A stretch of DNA of 64,000 bases, from positions 7,172-71,171 of the forward strand of contig JAPPAP010000013.1 of NCBI GenBank assembly GCA_026705465.1, written 5' to 3'. Each line of letters begins with the position of its first letter. Positions within the stretch are counted from its first letter, which is position 1. Positions 38,832-48,590 of the stretch are shown one piece after another. The stretch comes from a bacterium. Its GTDB lineage: Bacteria > Actinomycetota > Acidimicrobiia > Acidimicrobiales > Bin134. The translations under genes and the position numbers were made by a program. A model generated the notes under the pieces. That model did no database searches and was not told the origin of the DNA. It saw only the letters and a list, made by a program, of their open reading frames with translations.

Positions 38832-40010
38832 ATGACCCTGAACTACGCCTACGAATGCGCCATAGCAGGCATCGGCGCCACCCCCTTCACCAAGGACTCG
38901 GGCCGCACTCCCATGGACCAAGCGGTGGAGGCCTGCCTGGCCGCTTGCGAGGATGCGGGTCTACCGCCCGAAAAGGTCAACGGAATGGTGACCTACTCGG
39001 CCGAGCAGAACCCCGAGATCGAGGTAGCCCGCAATCTGGGCATCGAAGAGCTGACCCACTTCTCCATGGTCCACCACGGCGGCGGAGCGGCCTGTGGGGT
39101 GATCGCAGTGGCCTGCCAGGCCGTCTACTCCGGCGCGGCCGACTATGTGCTGTGCTACCGGGCCTTCAATGAGCGCTCCTGGCACCGCTTCGGAGCCGGG
39201 GTGCAGGACCGGCCCGCCGGCGCAGAGGCGTCAGAGGTCAGCTTCTCGTGGAGCTCGCCCTTCGGACTGGTCACACCGGCCTCCTGGGTGGCCATGTTCG
39301 CCACCCGCTATATGCACGAGTACGGCGCCACCACTGAAGACTTTGGCCGAGTGTCAGTGGTGGACCGCGACTTCGCGGCCACCAACCCCTACGCCCACTT
39401 CTTCCAGCGGCCCATAACCCTGGAAGACCACCAGAACAGTCGCTGGATCGTGGAGCCGCTGCGCCTTTTGGACTGCTGCCAGGAAACCGACGGTGCCCAG
39501 GCCTTGCTGGTGACCACCGCCGAGCGGGCCAAGGACCTCAAGCAGAAGCCGGCGGTGATCGCCTCAGCCGCCCAGGGCGTCGCCGAAGACCAGCACATGA
39601 TGAAGAGCTACTACCGGGACAGCATCACCGGCATCCCCGAGATGGAGCTGTGCGCCCGCCAGCTTTACCAGTCGAGCGGCCTGTCGGCCGACGACATCCA
39701 AACCGCCATCATCTACGACCACTTCACCCCTCTGGTGCTTCCCCAGCTCGAAGAGTTCGGCTTCTGCGACCGGGGCGAGGCCAAGGATTTCATCCGCGAC
39801 GGCCACCTCCAACGAGACGGGCGATTGCCCATCAACACGAACGGAGGCCAGCTCGGCGAGGCTTACATTCACGGCCTCAACGGCATCGCCGAGGGGGTCC
39901 GCCAGATCCGAGGCAACTCGGTGAACCAGATCGACAACGTGGAGAACGTTCTGGCTACTGCCGGCACTGCCGTGCCCACCAGCGCGCTCATTCTCTCCCA
40001 GCCTCGCTGA
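38832..40010 (+). CDS. ltp2: Ltp2-like thiolase-fold steroid side-chain aldolase
   Basis: YRAFNERS, DCCQETDG, IYDHFT, GEAYIHG; follows chsH as in the mycobacterial igr operon. Confidence 0.85.
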   Translation: MTLNYAYECAIAGIGATPFTKDSGRTPMDQAVEACLAACEDAGLPPEKVNGMVTYSAEQNPEIEVARNLGIEELTHFSMVHHGGGAACGVIAVACQAVYSGAADYVLCYRAFNERSWHRFGAGVQDRPAGAEASEVSFSWSSPFGLVTPASWVAMFATRYMHEYGATTEDFGRVSVVDRDFAATNPYAHFFQRPITLEDHQNSRWIVEPLRLLDCCQETDGAQALLVTTAERAKDLKQKPAVIASAAQGVAEDQHMMKSYYRDSITGIPEMELCARQLYQSSGLSADDIQTAIIYDHFTPLVLPQLEEFGFCDRGEAKDFIRDGHLQRDGRLPINTNGGQLGEAYIHGLNGIAEGVRQIRGNSVNQIDNVENVLATAGTAVPTSALILSQPR

Positions 40011-40026
40011 CGCCCGAGATACGATG

Positions 40027-40054
40027 AATCCCCGGTACGAAGAGCCGGGGAATT
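40027..40054 (+). terminator. GC hairpin after ltp2 (possible terminator)
   Basis: AATCCCCGG..CCGGGGAATT; no long U tract. Confidence 0.35.
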
Positions 40055-40144
40055 GGCACGGCCCTACTCCTGAGTCCATTAGCTTGTGTATGCTCCCGGC
40101 TGACAGAATGATCCGAGATAGGACCTAACGAAAGAGGCCCAACT

Positions 40145-40474
40145 ATGGAATTCAGCCACGACCGCTCCGGTGACACTCTGGTAGTCAATGCTTCTGGCCG
40201 GGTCGACGGATCCAACGCATCGGATTTCCTGGAGTCCCTTCAAGGATTGTTCGATCCCGGCGACCAGCGAATCATCCTGGATCTCGGCGGTCTCGAGTAC
40301 ATCAGCAGCGCCGGGCTGCGGGTACTGCTGATGGCGGCCCAGAATCTCGACAAGCAGAACAAGTCCTTCAGCATCTGCTCCTTGACCGAGTCGGTGGGCG
40401 ATGTTTTCCGTATCAGCGGCTTTGACCAAATCATCAACGTCTTTCCATCGGTAGAAGCAGCCAAGCAGGGGTAA
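40145..40474 (+). CDS. STAS anti-sigma-factor antagonist
   Basis: GRVD, YISSAGLR phosphoacceptor Ser, FRISGF. Confidence 0.92.
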   Translation: MEFSHDRSGDTLVVNASGRVDGSNASDFLESLQGLFDPGDQRIILDLGGLEYISSAGLRVLLMAAQNLDKQNKSFSICSLTESVGDVFRISGFDQIINVFPSVEAAKQG

Positions 40475-40478
40475 ACCC

Positions 40479-41630
40479 TTGACCCAGCCCTACAAGATCC
40501 TGGTCGTTGATGACGAACCGGATCTTGAACCTCTGATTCTTCAGCGGATGCGGCGGCACATCCGCGCCAATGAATACGAGTTCGTCTTCGCTCAGAACGG
40601 CGTGGAGGCGTTGGAGAAGCTCAACGCCGATTCGACAATCGACATGGTGTTGTCTGACATCAATATGCCCAAGATGGACGGGCTCACCCTGCTCCAGCAG
40701 CTCCCCGGGGTCGACCCCAATCTCCGTGCGGTCATCATCTCCGCCTACGGAGACATGGAGAACATCCGCACCGCAATGAACCGAGGGGCGTTTGACTTCG
40801 TCACCAAGCCCATCGACTTCGACGACCTCAAGATCACCATCTCTCGCACTCTGGAGCATCTGGCGGAATGGCGAGAGGCGCTGTCATCTCGTGATCAGCT
40901 GGTGGCCCTCCAAAACGAGCTGAGTATCGCCAGCCAACTCCAGCAATCCATCCTGCCCAAGAAGCCCCCGGTGAGTGACGAGTTCGAGGTCTCGGCCAAC
41001 ATGGAGCCGGCCCGAAACGTTGGTGGCGACTTCTACGACTATTTCAACCTGGAGGACCACATCGGCCTCGTGGTCGCCGATGTGTCCGACAAGGGCATTC
41101 CCGCATCGATGTTCATGATGTCCAGCCGAACCGCGCTCAAAGGTGCAGCCATTGGCGTCCGCGAGCCTCATATGGTGCTGTCCGAAATCAACAATCAGCT
41201 CCAGCAGGACAACCCCACGTTCATGTTCGTCACGCTGATCTACGCATTGTTCAATCCGAGCACCGGCTCTCTCACCTACTCCATCGCGGGCCATGACCCT
41301 CCGCTGCTGATCAGCGCCGACGGCTCCGTCACCGAACTGCCACTCACCAAGGGCGTGGCGCTGGGAATTGCCCCCGACGTCGTCTATACCCAGGAATCGG
41401 TCACCTTGGCCCCAGGCGACACCGTGGTCCTGTTCACCGACGGAGTAACCGAGGCCATGAACACCGATAATCAGCAGTTCGGGCTTGAGCGATTGACCGA
41501 GGTGTTCGAAGGCAAATCCCCCACTAGCGCACTGGAAGCCAACGAGGCTGTGTTCAACCAAGTACGGATTTTCGCCGGAGATGCCCCTCAGTCCGACGAC
41601 ATAACCTGCCTCACGCTGCGACGGCCCTGA
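40479..41630 (+). CDS. Response regulator (REC) fused to SpoIIE/PP2C phosphatase
   Basis: VVDDE, SDINMP, TKP; GGDFYD, ADVSDKG, FTDG, DDIT. Confidence 0.93.
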   Translation: MTQPYKILVVDDEPDLEPLILQRMRRHIRANEYEFVFAQNGVEALEKLNADSTIDMVLSDINMPKMDGLTLLQQLPGVDPNLRAVIISAYGDMENIRTAMNRGAFDFVTKPIDFDDLKITISRTLEHLAEWREALSSRDQLVALQNELSIASQLQQSILPKKPPVSDEFEVSANMEPARNVGGDFYDYFNLEDHIGLVVADVSDKGIPASMFMMSSRTALKGAAIGVREPHMVLSEINNQLQQDNPTFMFVTLIYALFNPSTGSLTYSIAGHDPPLLISADGSVTELPLTKGVALGIAPDVVYTQESVTLAPGDTVVLFTDGVTEAMNTDNQQFGLERLTEVFEGKSPTSALEANEAVFNQVRIFAGDAPQSDDITCLTLRRP

Positions 41631-41685
41631 TGTCTGTGCCCGCCCGATCGCTGCCCCCGACCCCCCGTACTCGGAATCGCTGAGA

Positions 41686-42117
41686 ATGCACCGCTCGCTG
41701 CACCTATCCCACCCCCCGGAGCAGGGCCACCCATCGGATGTTTTGCCGCTGATCGAAGACATGCTCAATGAGATGGCCGAGGCAGAAGACTGGCCCGTGA
41801 CCTTGACGATGCGGGCCAACCTCATTCTGGAAGAGTTGGTGCTTAACACCCTCACCCACGGCGATACCAGCGGTCTCACCGAAATCGACCTTGAACTGGA
41901 GTCCGAGGATCACGCGCTCACGATCCGCCTGGCCGATGACGGATCTCCCTTCAACCCGCTTACGGACGCACCCGAACCCGATGTCAACCTTCCCTTGGCC
42001 GAGCGTCCGATCGGAGGGTTGGGGGTCTATTTGGTCAAGACAATGGGCGAGGATCTCGAATACCGCCGGGAAGACGACCGCAACCACCTCAAGCTTGTCG
42101 TACACCCCGAGTCGTGA
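41686..42117 (+). CDS. RsbW-like anti-sigma Ser kinase (HATPase_c_2)
   Basis: EELVLN..HG, DDGSPF, GGLGVYLV. Confidence 0.88.
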   Translation: MHRSLHLSHPPEQGHPSDVLPLIEDMLNEMAEAEDWPVTLTMRANLILEELVLNTLTHGDTSGLTEIDLELESEDHALTIRLADDGSPFNPLTDAPEPDVNLPLAERPIGGLGVYLVKTMGEDLEYRREDDRNHLKLVVHPES

Positions 42118-43403
42118 GGGATTCGACACAGAGAGTTCTTCGCAGGTCGCGGTTAGCCGGCCTTGCCATCGCTGCCTGGGCTCTGGTGCTGTCGGGGTGC
42201 GGATCCGATGCTTCCGAGCCCGCACAACCCGATCCGACCGCCACCGCGACCGCTGGACCAGCCCAAGGCCCCGCCCCTAGTACTGGAGTCCCGGGAGTGT
42301 TCGACGACCGAGTGGTGTTCGGACAGTCGGCAGCCTTCAGCGGTCCCGCCCAAGAACTGGGCATCAACATGAACCTGGGCATCAAGGCCGCGTTCGAAGA
42401 GGCCAATCGAAATGGCGGCGTGCACGGGCGCATGTTGGAGCTCATCACGCGAGACGACGCATATGAGCCCGAAGCAGCCATCACCAACACCCAGGCGCTG
42501 ATCAACGACGAGCGGGTGTTCTCGCTCATCGGCGCGGTGGGCACGCCGACTTCGCGCTCGGCCACGCCGGTGGCGGCTGAAGCAGGCATCCCCTATGTGG
42601 CACCGTTCACTGGAGCTGGCTTTCTTCGAGACGACAACTGGGAGAACATCATCAACCTCCGGGCCTCCTACGCCCAGGAAACCGAGGAGATGGTCGAGCG
42701 GCTAACCACTGATCTGGGAGTCACTCGAATCGCAGTCATGTTCCAAGACGACTCGTTTGGACGGGCCGGGTACAACGGAGCGCTGGCTGCACTCGAACGC
42801 CGGGGAATGGAACTCGTGGCCACCGGCGTGTATCCCCGCAATACCACCGCAGTGAAGTCGGGGCTGCTCGACTTGAGGCTGGGCGATCCCGAGGCGGTGA
42901 TCCTTATCGGGGCCTACCAGCCGGTCGCCGCCCTCATCTCCTGGGCCCGCCACATAGGCTTCGATCCCATCTTCATGACGGTCTCGTTTGTGGGCAGCAA
43001 CGCGTTGGCCGACGAACTGGGATCGGGTGGCGAGGGCGTGTACGTCACCCAGGTGATTCCTTTTCCCACCGACGTGTCGACTCCCGTAGTGGCTTCTTAT
43101 ACCGCCGCGCTGGCGGCGTATGACCCGGCGGCCGAACCAGGATTCGTGTCCTTGGAGGGCTACATAGCCGGCCGACTGGCTATCGCAGGGTTGGAAGGAT
43201 GCGGTGCTGACCTCACCCGCGACTGCTTCCTGGAGAACATCTTGGGCGCGGGTCAATTCGATATAGACGGATTCGCCCTGGACTTCGGCGCCGAGGCAGA
43301 CCGGACAGTGGACAACCAAGGCTCTGATGCCGTCTTCTTGACCGTGATCGACGCCAACGGTAGGTACCGGTCGGAGGCTTCAATGGGAGATGCCAGCCCG
43401 TGA
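42114..43403 (+). CDS. Solute-binding lipoprotein, periplasmic binding protein type 1 (branched-chain/amide-like)
   Basis: LSGC lipobox, GQSAAFSGP, NGGVHGR, DDAYEP, NLRASY. Confidence 0.88.
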   Translation: MRDSTQRVLRRSRLAGLAIAAWALVLSGCGSDASEPAQPDPTATATAGPAQGPAPSTGVPGVFDDRVVFGQSAAFSGPAQELGINMNLGIKAAFEEANRNGGVHGRMLELITRDDAYEPEAAITNTQALINDERVFSLIGAVGTPTSRSATPVAAEAGIPYVAPFTGAGFLRDDNWENIINLRASYAQETEEMVERLTTDLGVTRIAVMFQDDSFGRAGYNGALAALERRGMELVATGVYPRNTTAVKSGLLDLRLGDPEAVILIGAYQPVAALISWARHIGFDPIFMTVSFVGSNALADELGSGGEGVYVTQVIPFPTDVSTPVVASYTAALAAYDPAAEPGFVSLEGYIAGRLAIAGLEGCGADLTRDCFLENILGAGQFDIDGFALDFGAEADRTVDNQGSDAVFLTVIDANGRYRSEASMGDASP

Positions 43404-45631
43404 CCGAGTCAACCCCCCTACAGGACTCTCAGGCCACTGCCAGTACGGCTGGTGCACAGCGGCCCGCGATCCATCGCCGGATCTCCACCCAGCTGTACGC
43501 GGGGATCTTTGGGGCGGTCGTGCTGACAATTGTGGCCAGCGTTGTGAGCTGGATCTCCTTCAACAACGTGGATCGCAGTCAAAAGAGGGTCAGCGAGGAG
43601 AGTGTGCCCGAATTGGCCGGGGCGTTTTCGCTGGCGGAGTTCAGCAACGCGCTCGTGGCCGCCGCTCCCCGACTCACCACTGCTCCTCCCGCCCAGTTCC
43701 CAGAGATCTCCGCTGAGGTAACCATTGCCCAGCAAGAGTTCCAAGCCCGCTTCGATGCCTTACTGCGCCAGAACCCCGATGACGTTCACGTCCAAGGAAT
43801 TGCGGAGGCCGCCAACGCCTTGGAGAGAAACATCACCACGATCACGGCCGATATGCCCCACTTCTACAGCCTGAGCAGAAGGATCGAAGTACTCCAGGTT
43901 CAGATTCCCTTGCTGCATGATGAGGTTGAAGGCATCATCATCCCCGCCATCGACGATCAGCTTTTTTTCCAGGTCACGGGATATCGGGATCAGGTATCCG
44001 ACCCGATTGACCCCATGACCCGAACGTCGGGAGACGAGCTGCTCCTCTATCGGCATCTCAACGCCTTGCAGGCCGACATGGCTCAAGTCACCGAGCTGAT
44101 GGGCAGCGCCCTCATCGCCTCAGAAGCTGATTTTGTGGAGCCGCTGATAGAGAGCTTCGAGTCCGCAGAAGACCGGATCCAGATCAGCTTGTCGGCCATC
44201 GCCGCATCAGAGGTCGCCCCGGGGCTGGAAACGGCAGTCGACCGGCTCTTGGACTTGGGAAACGGCAACGACAGCGCATTCCGAGTTTCGGTTGACCGTT
44301 TGGACATCATCGTGCGTCAAGACAGTCTCCTGGCCCAGAACCAGGAAGTCGCAGTCAATCTCCTCGCCGAGGTCAACGCACTGGTCCAAACAGCTCAAGC
44401 CGGCGCCGACCAGGCCACCGAGAACTCAGCGCAGACCATCAATACCGCTCGCATCCTTTTGGTGATCATCAGCGTCATCGGCGTCATAGGAGCGGGATTG
44501 ATCAGCTGGCTCTTTGTGGGCCGCGTGCTGCTGCGCCGCATCGGACGACTGTCCGGTCGCATGAGAACGCTGGCCAAAGGCGACTTGGAGGAGGAGATTG
44601 AGGTCAGCGGTCGCGATGAGATTGCGGAGATGGCTTCAGCGCTGGAGGTGTTCCGCCGCCACGCTCTGGAGATCCAGCGATTGAACCTGGTGGAACAGCT
44701 TGCCCAGGAGTTGAGCGAGCGGAACGACGAGCTGCAAGCAGTGTTGGAAGAGCTAGGACAGGCCCAAGATCAAATCGTTGCCCGGGAAAAATTGGCCGCG
44801 CTGGGCGAGGTCACCGCCGGTGTGGCTCACGAAATCCGCAACCCGCTCAACTTCATCAACAACTTCTCCGCAGCTTCGGTTGAATTGCTGGAGGAGATGG
44901 CCGAGATCTACGAGGAAATCATCGACAATCTCTCCGATGCGGACAAAGAACTCATCGAGGAGATCAACCAAGACCTAAACGACAACCTCGAGCGCATCCA
45001 AACACATGGAAAGCGGGCCAACCGAATCGTTCAGGACATGCTGTTGATGGGCCGAGGCGGAGGTGAGACCCAGCTGACCGACATCAACGATCTCATCCAT
45101 GAGCACTCCCTGCTGGCCTACCACAGCGCCCGAGCTCAAGATCCCGAGTTCCAGGTCTTGTTGGAGGAGGAGTTCGACCCCGACATGGGCCAACTAGATG
45201 TTGTCCCTCAAGACTTGGGCAGAGTGTTCTTGAACTTCGTGGCCAACGCCGGCTACGCCACCAACAAGAAGCAAAAGGAAATGATAGAAGCGGGAACAGT
45301 GGGCGACTACACCCCCACCGTCGTATTGAAGAGCCGTCGCACCGAAGACAGCGCCATCCTCAGCGTCCGGGACAACGGCAGCGGCATTCCCCCCGATGTA
45401 GCCGCCAAGATCTTCGACCCGTTCTTCACCACCAAGCCCACCAACGAAGGCACCGGATTGGGTTTGGCTTTGTCCAACGACATCATCCGCGAGCACGGCG
45501 GCACCATCACCGTCAACACCGAGCCCGGCGAGTTCACCGAAATGGTGGTGGAACTCCCGCTGACACGGGCCAAGAGCACGCCGCTGGTTGAAGGCGACGG
45601 GGACGGAGACGCAGGCGGAGACGATTCCTAG
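43400..45631 (+). CDS. Membrane sensor histidine kinase, TorS-like sensor domain + HAMP + HisKA + HATPase
   Basis: Two TMs around a long helical domain; RDEIAEM HAMP; AHEIRNPL; DNGSG, FFTTK, GTGLGL. Confidence 0.88.
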   Translation: MTESTPLQDSQATASTAGAQRPAIHRRISTQLYAGIFGAVVLTIVASVVSWISFNNVDRSQKRVSEESVPELAGAFSLAEFSNALVAAAPRLTTAPPAQFPEISAEVTIAQQEFQARFDALLRQNPDDVHVQGIAEAANALERNITTITADMPHFYSLSRRIEVLQVQIPLLHDEVEGIIIPAIDDQLFFQVTGYRDQVSDPIDPMTRTSGDELLLYRHLNALQADMAQVTELMGSALIASEADFVEPLIESFESAEDRIQISLSAIAASEVAPGLETAVDRLLDLGNGNDSAFRVSVDRLDIIVRQDSLLAQNQEVAVNLLAEVNALVQTAQAGADQATENSAQTINTARILLVIISVIGVIGAGLISWLFVGRVLLRRIGRLSGRMRTLAKGDLEEEIEVSGRDEIAEMASALEVFRRHALEIQRLNLVEQLAQELSERNDELQAVLEELGQAQDQIVAREKLAALGEVTAGVAHEIRNPLNFINNFSAASVELLEEMAEIYEEIIDNLSDADKELIEEINQDLNDNLERIQTHGKRANRIVQDMLLMGRGGGETQLTDINDLIHEHSLLAYHSARAQDPEFQVLLEEEFDPDMGQLDVVPQDLGRVFLNFVANAGYATNKKQKEMIEAGTVGDYTPTVVLKSRRTEDSAILSVRDNGSGIPPDVAAKIFDPFFTTKPTNEGTGLGLALSNDIIREHGGTITVNTEPGEFTEMVVELPLTRAKSTPLVEGDGDGDAGGDDS

Positions 45632-45641
45632 GCGGTCTCCA

Positions 45642-46205
45642 TTATCGGGATGGTCTGAGCAGCACCCCGCTTATCGCTGCTGCCGCCCCTCCGGCATAGG
45701 CCACAAATAGGCCCAATCCGACCTCAGACCCGGCCGCATCCAGGTCATCGTCCATGGCCAGTCCTTCCGCGACGCAAAACGCCATGACGAAGAGTCCGGT
45801 AGCCGCAACCATCAGCCACATCGGCTGACCGTTGCCAGCCAGCACCGAAACCAGCAACGCCCACAGCACCACCGCAGTGGCCACAATCAGCAGCCAGGTG
45901 TCCGCCACATCTCCGGGACCCACCCACCACGGGATGTCGCCGTCTAGTACTCCCCGATGGCCAGAGGAGTCTTCAGCCCAGGGAAGTACCAGCCCGGCGA
46001 CCAGCAAGCCCACCGCAGATCCCAACAAGGCGAGCCCAGTTCTTTCCCGACTCGAGGAGGAGCGATTGCCGTCTCCAGCGTATGGGGCCCCAACTGTCCT
46101 GGGCATCGGCTCGGCCCACGATTCGCCATCCCAATATCGAAATCCACGCTGGCCCTCGTCGGAATACCAGCCCGGTGGTGCCCGACGAGTCGGCGGGTCA
46201 CTCAT
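45642..46205 (-). CDS. DUF2510-like membrane protein
   Basis: PPGWY..RYWDG..W followed by about four TMs. Confidence 0.75.
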   Translation of the reverse strand: MSDPPTRRAPPGWYSDEGQRGFRYWDGESWAEPMPRTVGAPYAGDGNRSSSSRERTGLALLGSAVGLLVAGLVLPWAEDSSGHRGVLDGDIPWWVGPGDVADTWLLIVATAVVLWALLVSVLAGNGQPMWLMVAATGLFVMAFCVAEGLAMDDDLDAAGSEVGLGLFVAYAGGAAAAISGVLLRPSR

Positions 46206-46699
46206 TCCGACTCCACGTGATCGGTATAGCGCACATCTCCCTTGGACAGGTCAAAGGTGAGGTGCTCTCGCATGTCCCCGATCTGGTCGACAATCACCAG
46301 CCGGCGGGCGAACCGCCATTGCCCCTCGTTCAGTGCGAAGTCGTCTTCGTAGCGGCCCGCGACGATGGGCTGCAATGGTAGGGAGTCCGTGCCCTGGTGA
46401 ACGGCGAAGTATGAGCGGGCACTGGCCGTCTGCCCGTCTTCAGCGACGTCTACGATCACATTGCTGGCCACATGTCGGGTGCGCAGCGTGCCGTCGCCGT
46501 GGACTTTGTTGGTGGCTGCGTAGAACGCGGCCACGTCATCACCGGACATGCCGTCGTCGGGATCGGCCGCGCTGGTGGAAGTGAGCACTCCGTGGGAGAA
46601 CAGCTCACCGAGTTCATCGAAGCGAGCCAAGTCCACGCATTCGGCATAGGTATACATGAGGGCCTTGATCGACCGCACTGCCTGCTCGCTGGGAGTCAC
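46202..46699 (-). CDS. SnoaL-like/NTF2 family protein
   Basis: YAECVD, TRHVASN, ARSYF, GRYED; GTG 46699 with TAGCTT 7 nt upstream. Confidence 0.82.
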   Translation of the reverse strand: MTPSEQAVRSIKALMYTYAECVDLARFDELGELFSHGVLTSTSAADPDDGMSGDDVAAFYAATNKVHGDGTLRTRHVASNVIVDVAEDGQTASARSYFAVHQGTDSLPLQPIVAGRYEDDFALNEGQWRFARRLVIVDQIGDMREHLTFDLSKGDVRYTDHVESE

Positions 46700-46751
46700 G
46701 GAAGCAAAGCTAACCCACCTCAACCCGCGGTGGCCCGGTAGCGTCAGAAGC

Positions 46752-47813
46752 GTGAACCCGAAAACAGGGAGGCTCACGGCCTACAGCCACGGCGCCGGTT
46801 GAGCCGGCAAGCTCGGACCAGCCGAGTTGGCGCAGGTCATGCGCTCCCTGCCAGCTCAAACCCACGAAGACCTGATCGTGGGCACGGAAACCGGAGATGA
46901 CGCCGCAGTGTGGCGTCTCGGGGAAGGCCGCGCCCTGATCTCGACCGCTGATTTCTTCGCACCAGTAGTCGACAACCCCCACACGTGGGGGCGCATCGCG
47001 GCCACTAACGCAGCCTCCGATGTTTATGCCATGGGCGGCACGCCCCGATTCGGGCTGAACCTGGTGGCCTGGCCCCACGGAACTCTTCCCCTGGACATTC
47101 TCACCGAGGTGTTGGCGGGCGGGGCCGCAGCCGCTGCGGACGGAGGTTGGGCGGTGGTGGGCGGCCACACAGTCGATGGGCCCGAGCCAATGTACGGCCA
47201 AGCCGTCACCGGTGATGCCGATGAGGAGAGCCTGCTGACCAACGCCGGGGCCCAGCCAGGGCAATCCCTGGTGCTGACCAAGCCGCTGGGCACTGGGCTG
47301 TTGGCCACTGCAGTCAAGCGCTCCGAACCGGATGCCGTCGCACCCGGCGGATGGCTGGCCGAGACCTACGACGCTGGCATCGCCGAAATGACCCGGCTGA
47401 ACGACAAGGCTGCCTTGGCAGCCCTCGAGGCCGAAGCCACTGCGGCCACCGATGTCACCGGCTTTGGCCTACTCGGCCACCTCCTGAAGATGGTGGCGGC
47501 CAGCGGTACCGGCGCAGTGATATGGGCCGAAGCGGTGCCGGTGCTTCCCAACGCCTGGGAGTTGCTGGATCAGGGGTTCGCTCCCGGCGGCACGGCTCGC
47601 AATCTGGAGCATGTACGGCCGCAAGTGAAAGGGAGCAACGACCACCGGATGTTGACGATGCTGGCCGACGCCCAGACCTCCGGCGGCCTGTTGTTCTGCT
47701 GCTCCCCGGCTGCGGCCATCGACGCAACTGCCAATCTCACTGCCGCTGGCCATACCGCAGCAGTGATCGGCGAGCTCACCGCTACCGATCCTGGAGCTGT
47801 GGTGGTGGCCTAG
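46752..47813 (+). CDS. selD: Selenide, water dikinase; selenoprotein form with in-frame UGA (46800-46802)
   Basis: MNPKTGRLTAYSHGAG-U-AGK aligns with E. coli RLTQYSHGAGCGCK; DDAAV, DFF, SDVYAMGG, GGHT, TDVTGFG, QTSGGL; TAGCGT 7 nt before GTG. Confidence 0.93.
46803..46831 (+). promoter_or_regulatory. Candidate bacterial SECIS hairpin
   Basis: AGCTCGG(46810-16)/CCGAGTT(46822-28) stem with ACCAG loop just after the UGA. Confidence 0.5.
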
Positions 47814-47823
47814 GGACCGCTGA

Positions 47824-48486
47824 CTAGTCGGCAGGTTCGGTACGGGGAGGCAGACCGTCCAGGTGGGCGGCGTCGTTGTACCGCACCAGCCGCCACACTC
47901 CGGGATCGTCGGTGGTCACGAACTCGGTAATGGATGTATTGAGGGTCCAGAGGACGAACTGGGTATTCATTCCCAGGCCCATAAACAGTCGCATTGCAAT
48001 ATCGATGACCCCGCCATGGCAAACCACCATCATGGTGGTACCGGGATTGCCCTCGACCAGCTCGTATAGCGCCTGACCAGTGCGGTAGGAGAAAGCAGCC
48101 AAGCTCTCCCCTCCCGGTGCCAGCGGCATGTGGGGGTGGAAGTCGCCGGTCCACTCGAACAGGTTGCCGAACTCCTGGTAACCCACGCCATCGGCCTCGC
48201 CGGGGCGGCGCTCTACCAGATCGGGATGGGTGTGGATCTTCAGCCCGCCCAGCGAAGGGGACAGCAGTTCGGCCGTCTCTATAGCCCGAGGCAGGGTGCT
48301 GGACCACAGCGCGTCCACTTTGGGCTCATAGCCCTGCATCCAGCGCTTTCCGAGCGCCTCCGATTGGTGGCGGCCCAGCGGCGACAGCCCTGTACAGAAG
48401 AGATCGCCGCCGATGATCTGTTTGACCGTCACCTCCGATTCGCCGTGGCGGATCAACAGCAAGCGGGTTCGTTCACCGGAGCTCAT
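47824..48486 (-). CDS. Histidine phosphatase family protein
   Basis: LIRHGES, RAIETA, VCHGG, LNTSIT, YNDAAHL. Confidence 0.9.
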   Translation of the reverse strand: MSSGERTRLLLIRHGESEVTVKQIIGGDLFCTGLSPLGRHQSEALGKRWMQGYEPKVDALWSSTLPRAIETAELLSPSLGGLKIHTHPDLVERRPGEADGVGYQEFGNLFEWTGDFHPHMPLAPGGESLAAFSYRTGQALYELVEGNPGTTMMVVCHGGVIDIAMRLFMGLGMNTQFVLWTLNTSITEFVTTDDPGVWRLVRYNDAAHLDGLPPRTEPAD

Positions 48487-48590
48487 CGCGGCCCCATCTT
48501 GCCACGCCGAGCGTCGGCGTCGGGCTTCGTCGCAAGCAACTTCGTCAACCTGTGGCAATGCAGCCCTGGCATGGGGCAGAATCTCTAACG

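Noticed and set aside
46800-46802. selD pseudogene by nonsense mutation
   Set aside because: The stop is TGA exactly at the catalytic Cys/Sec position and the rest of the gene is intact
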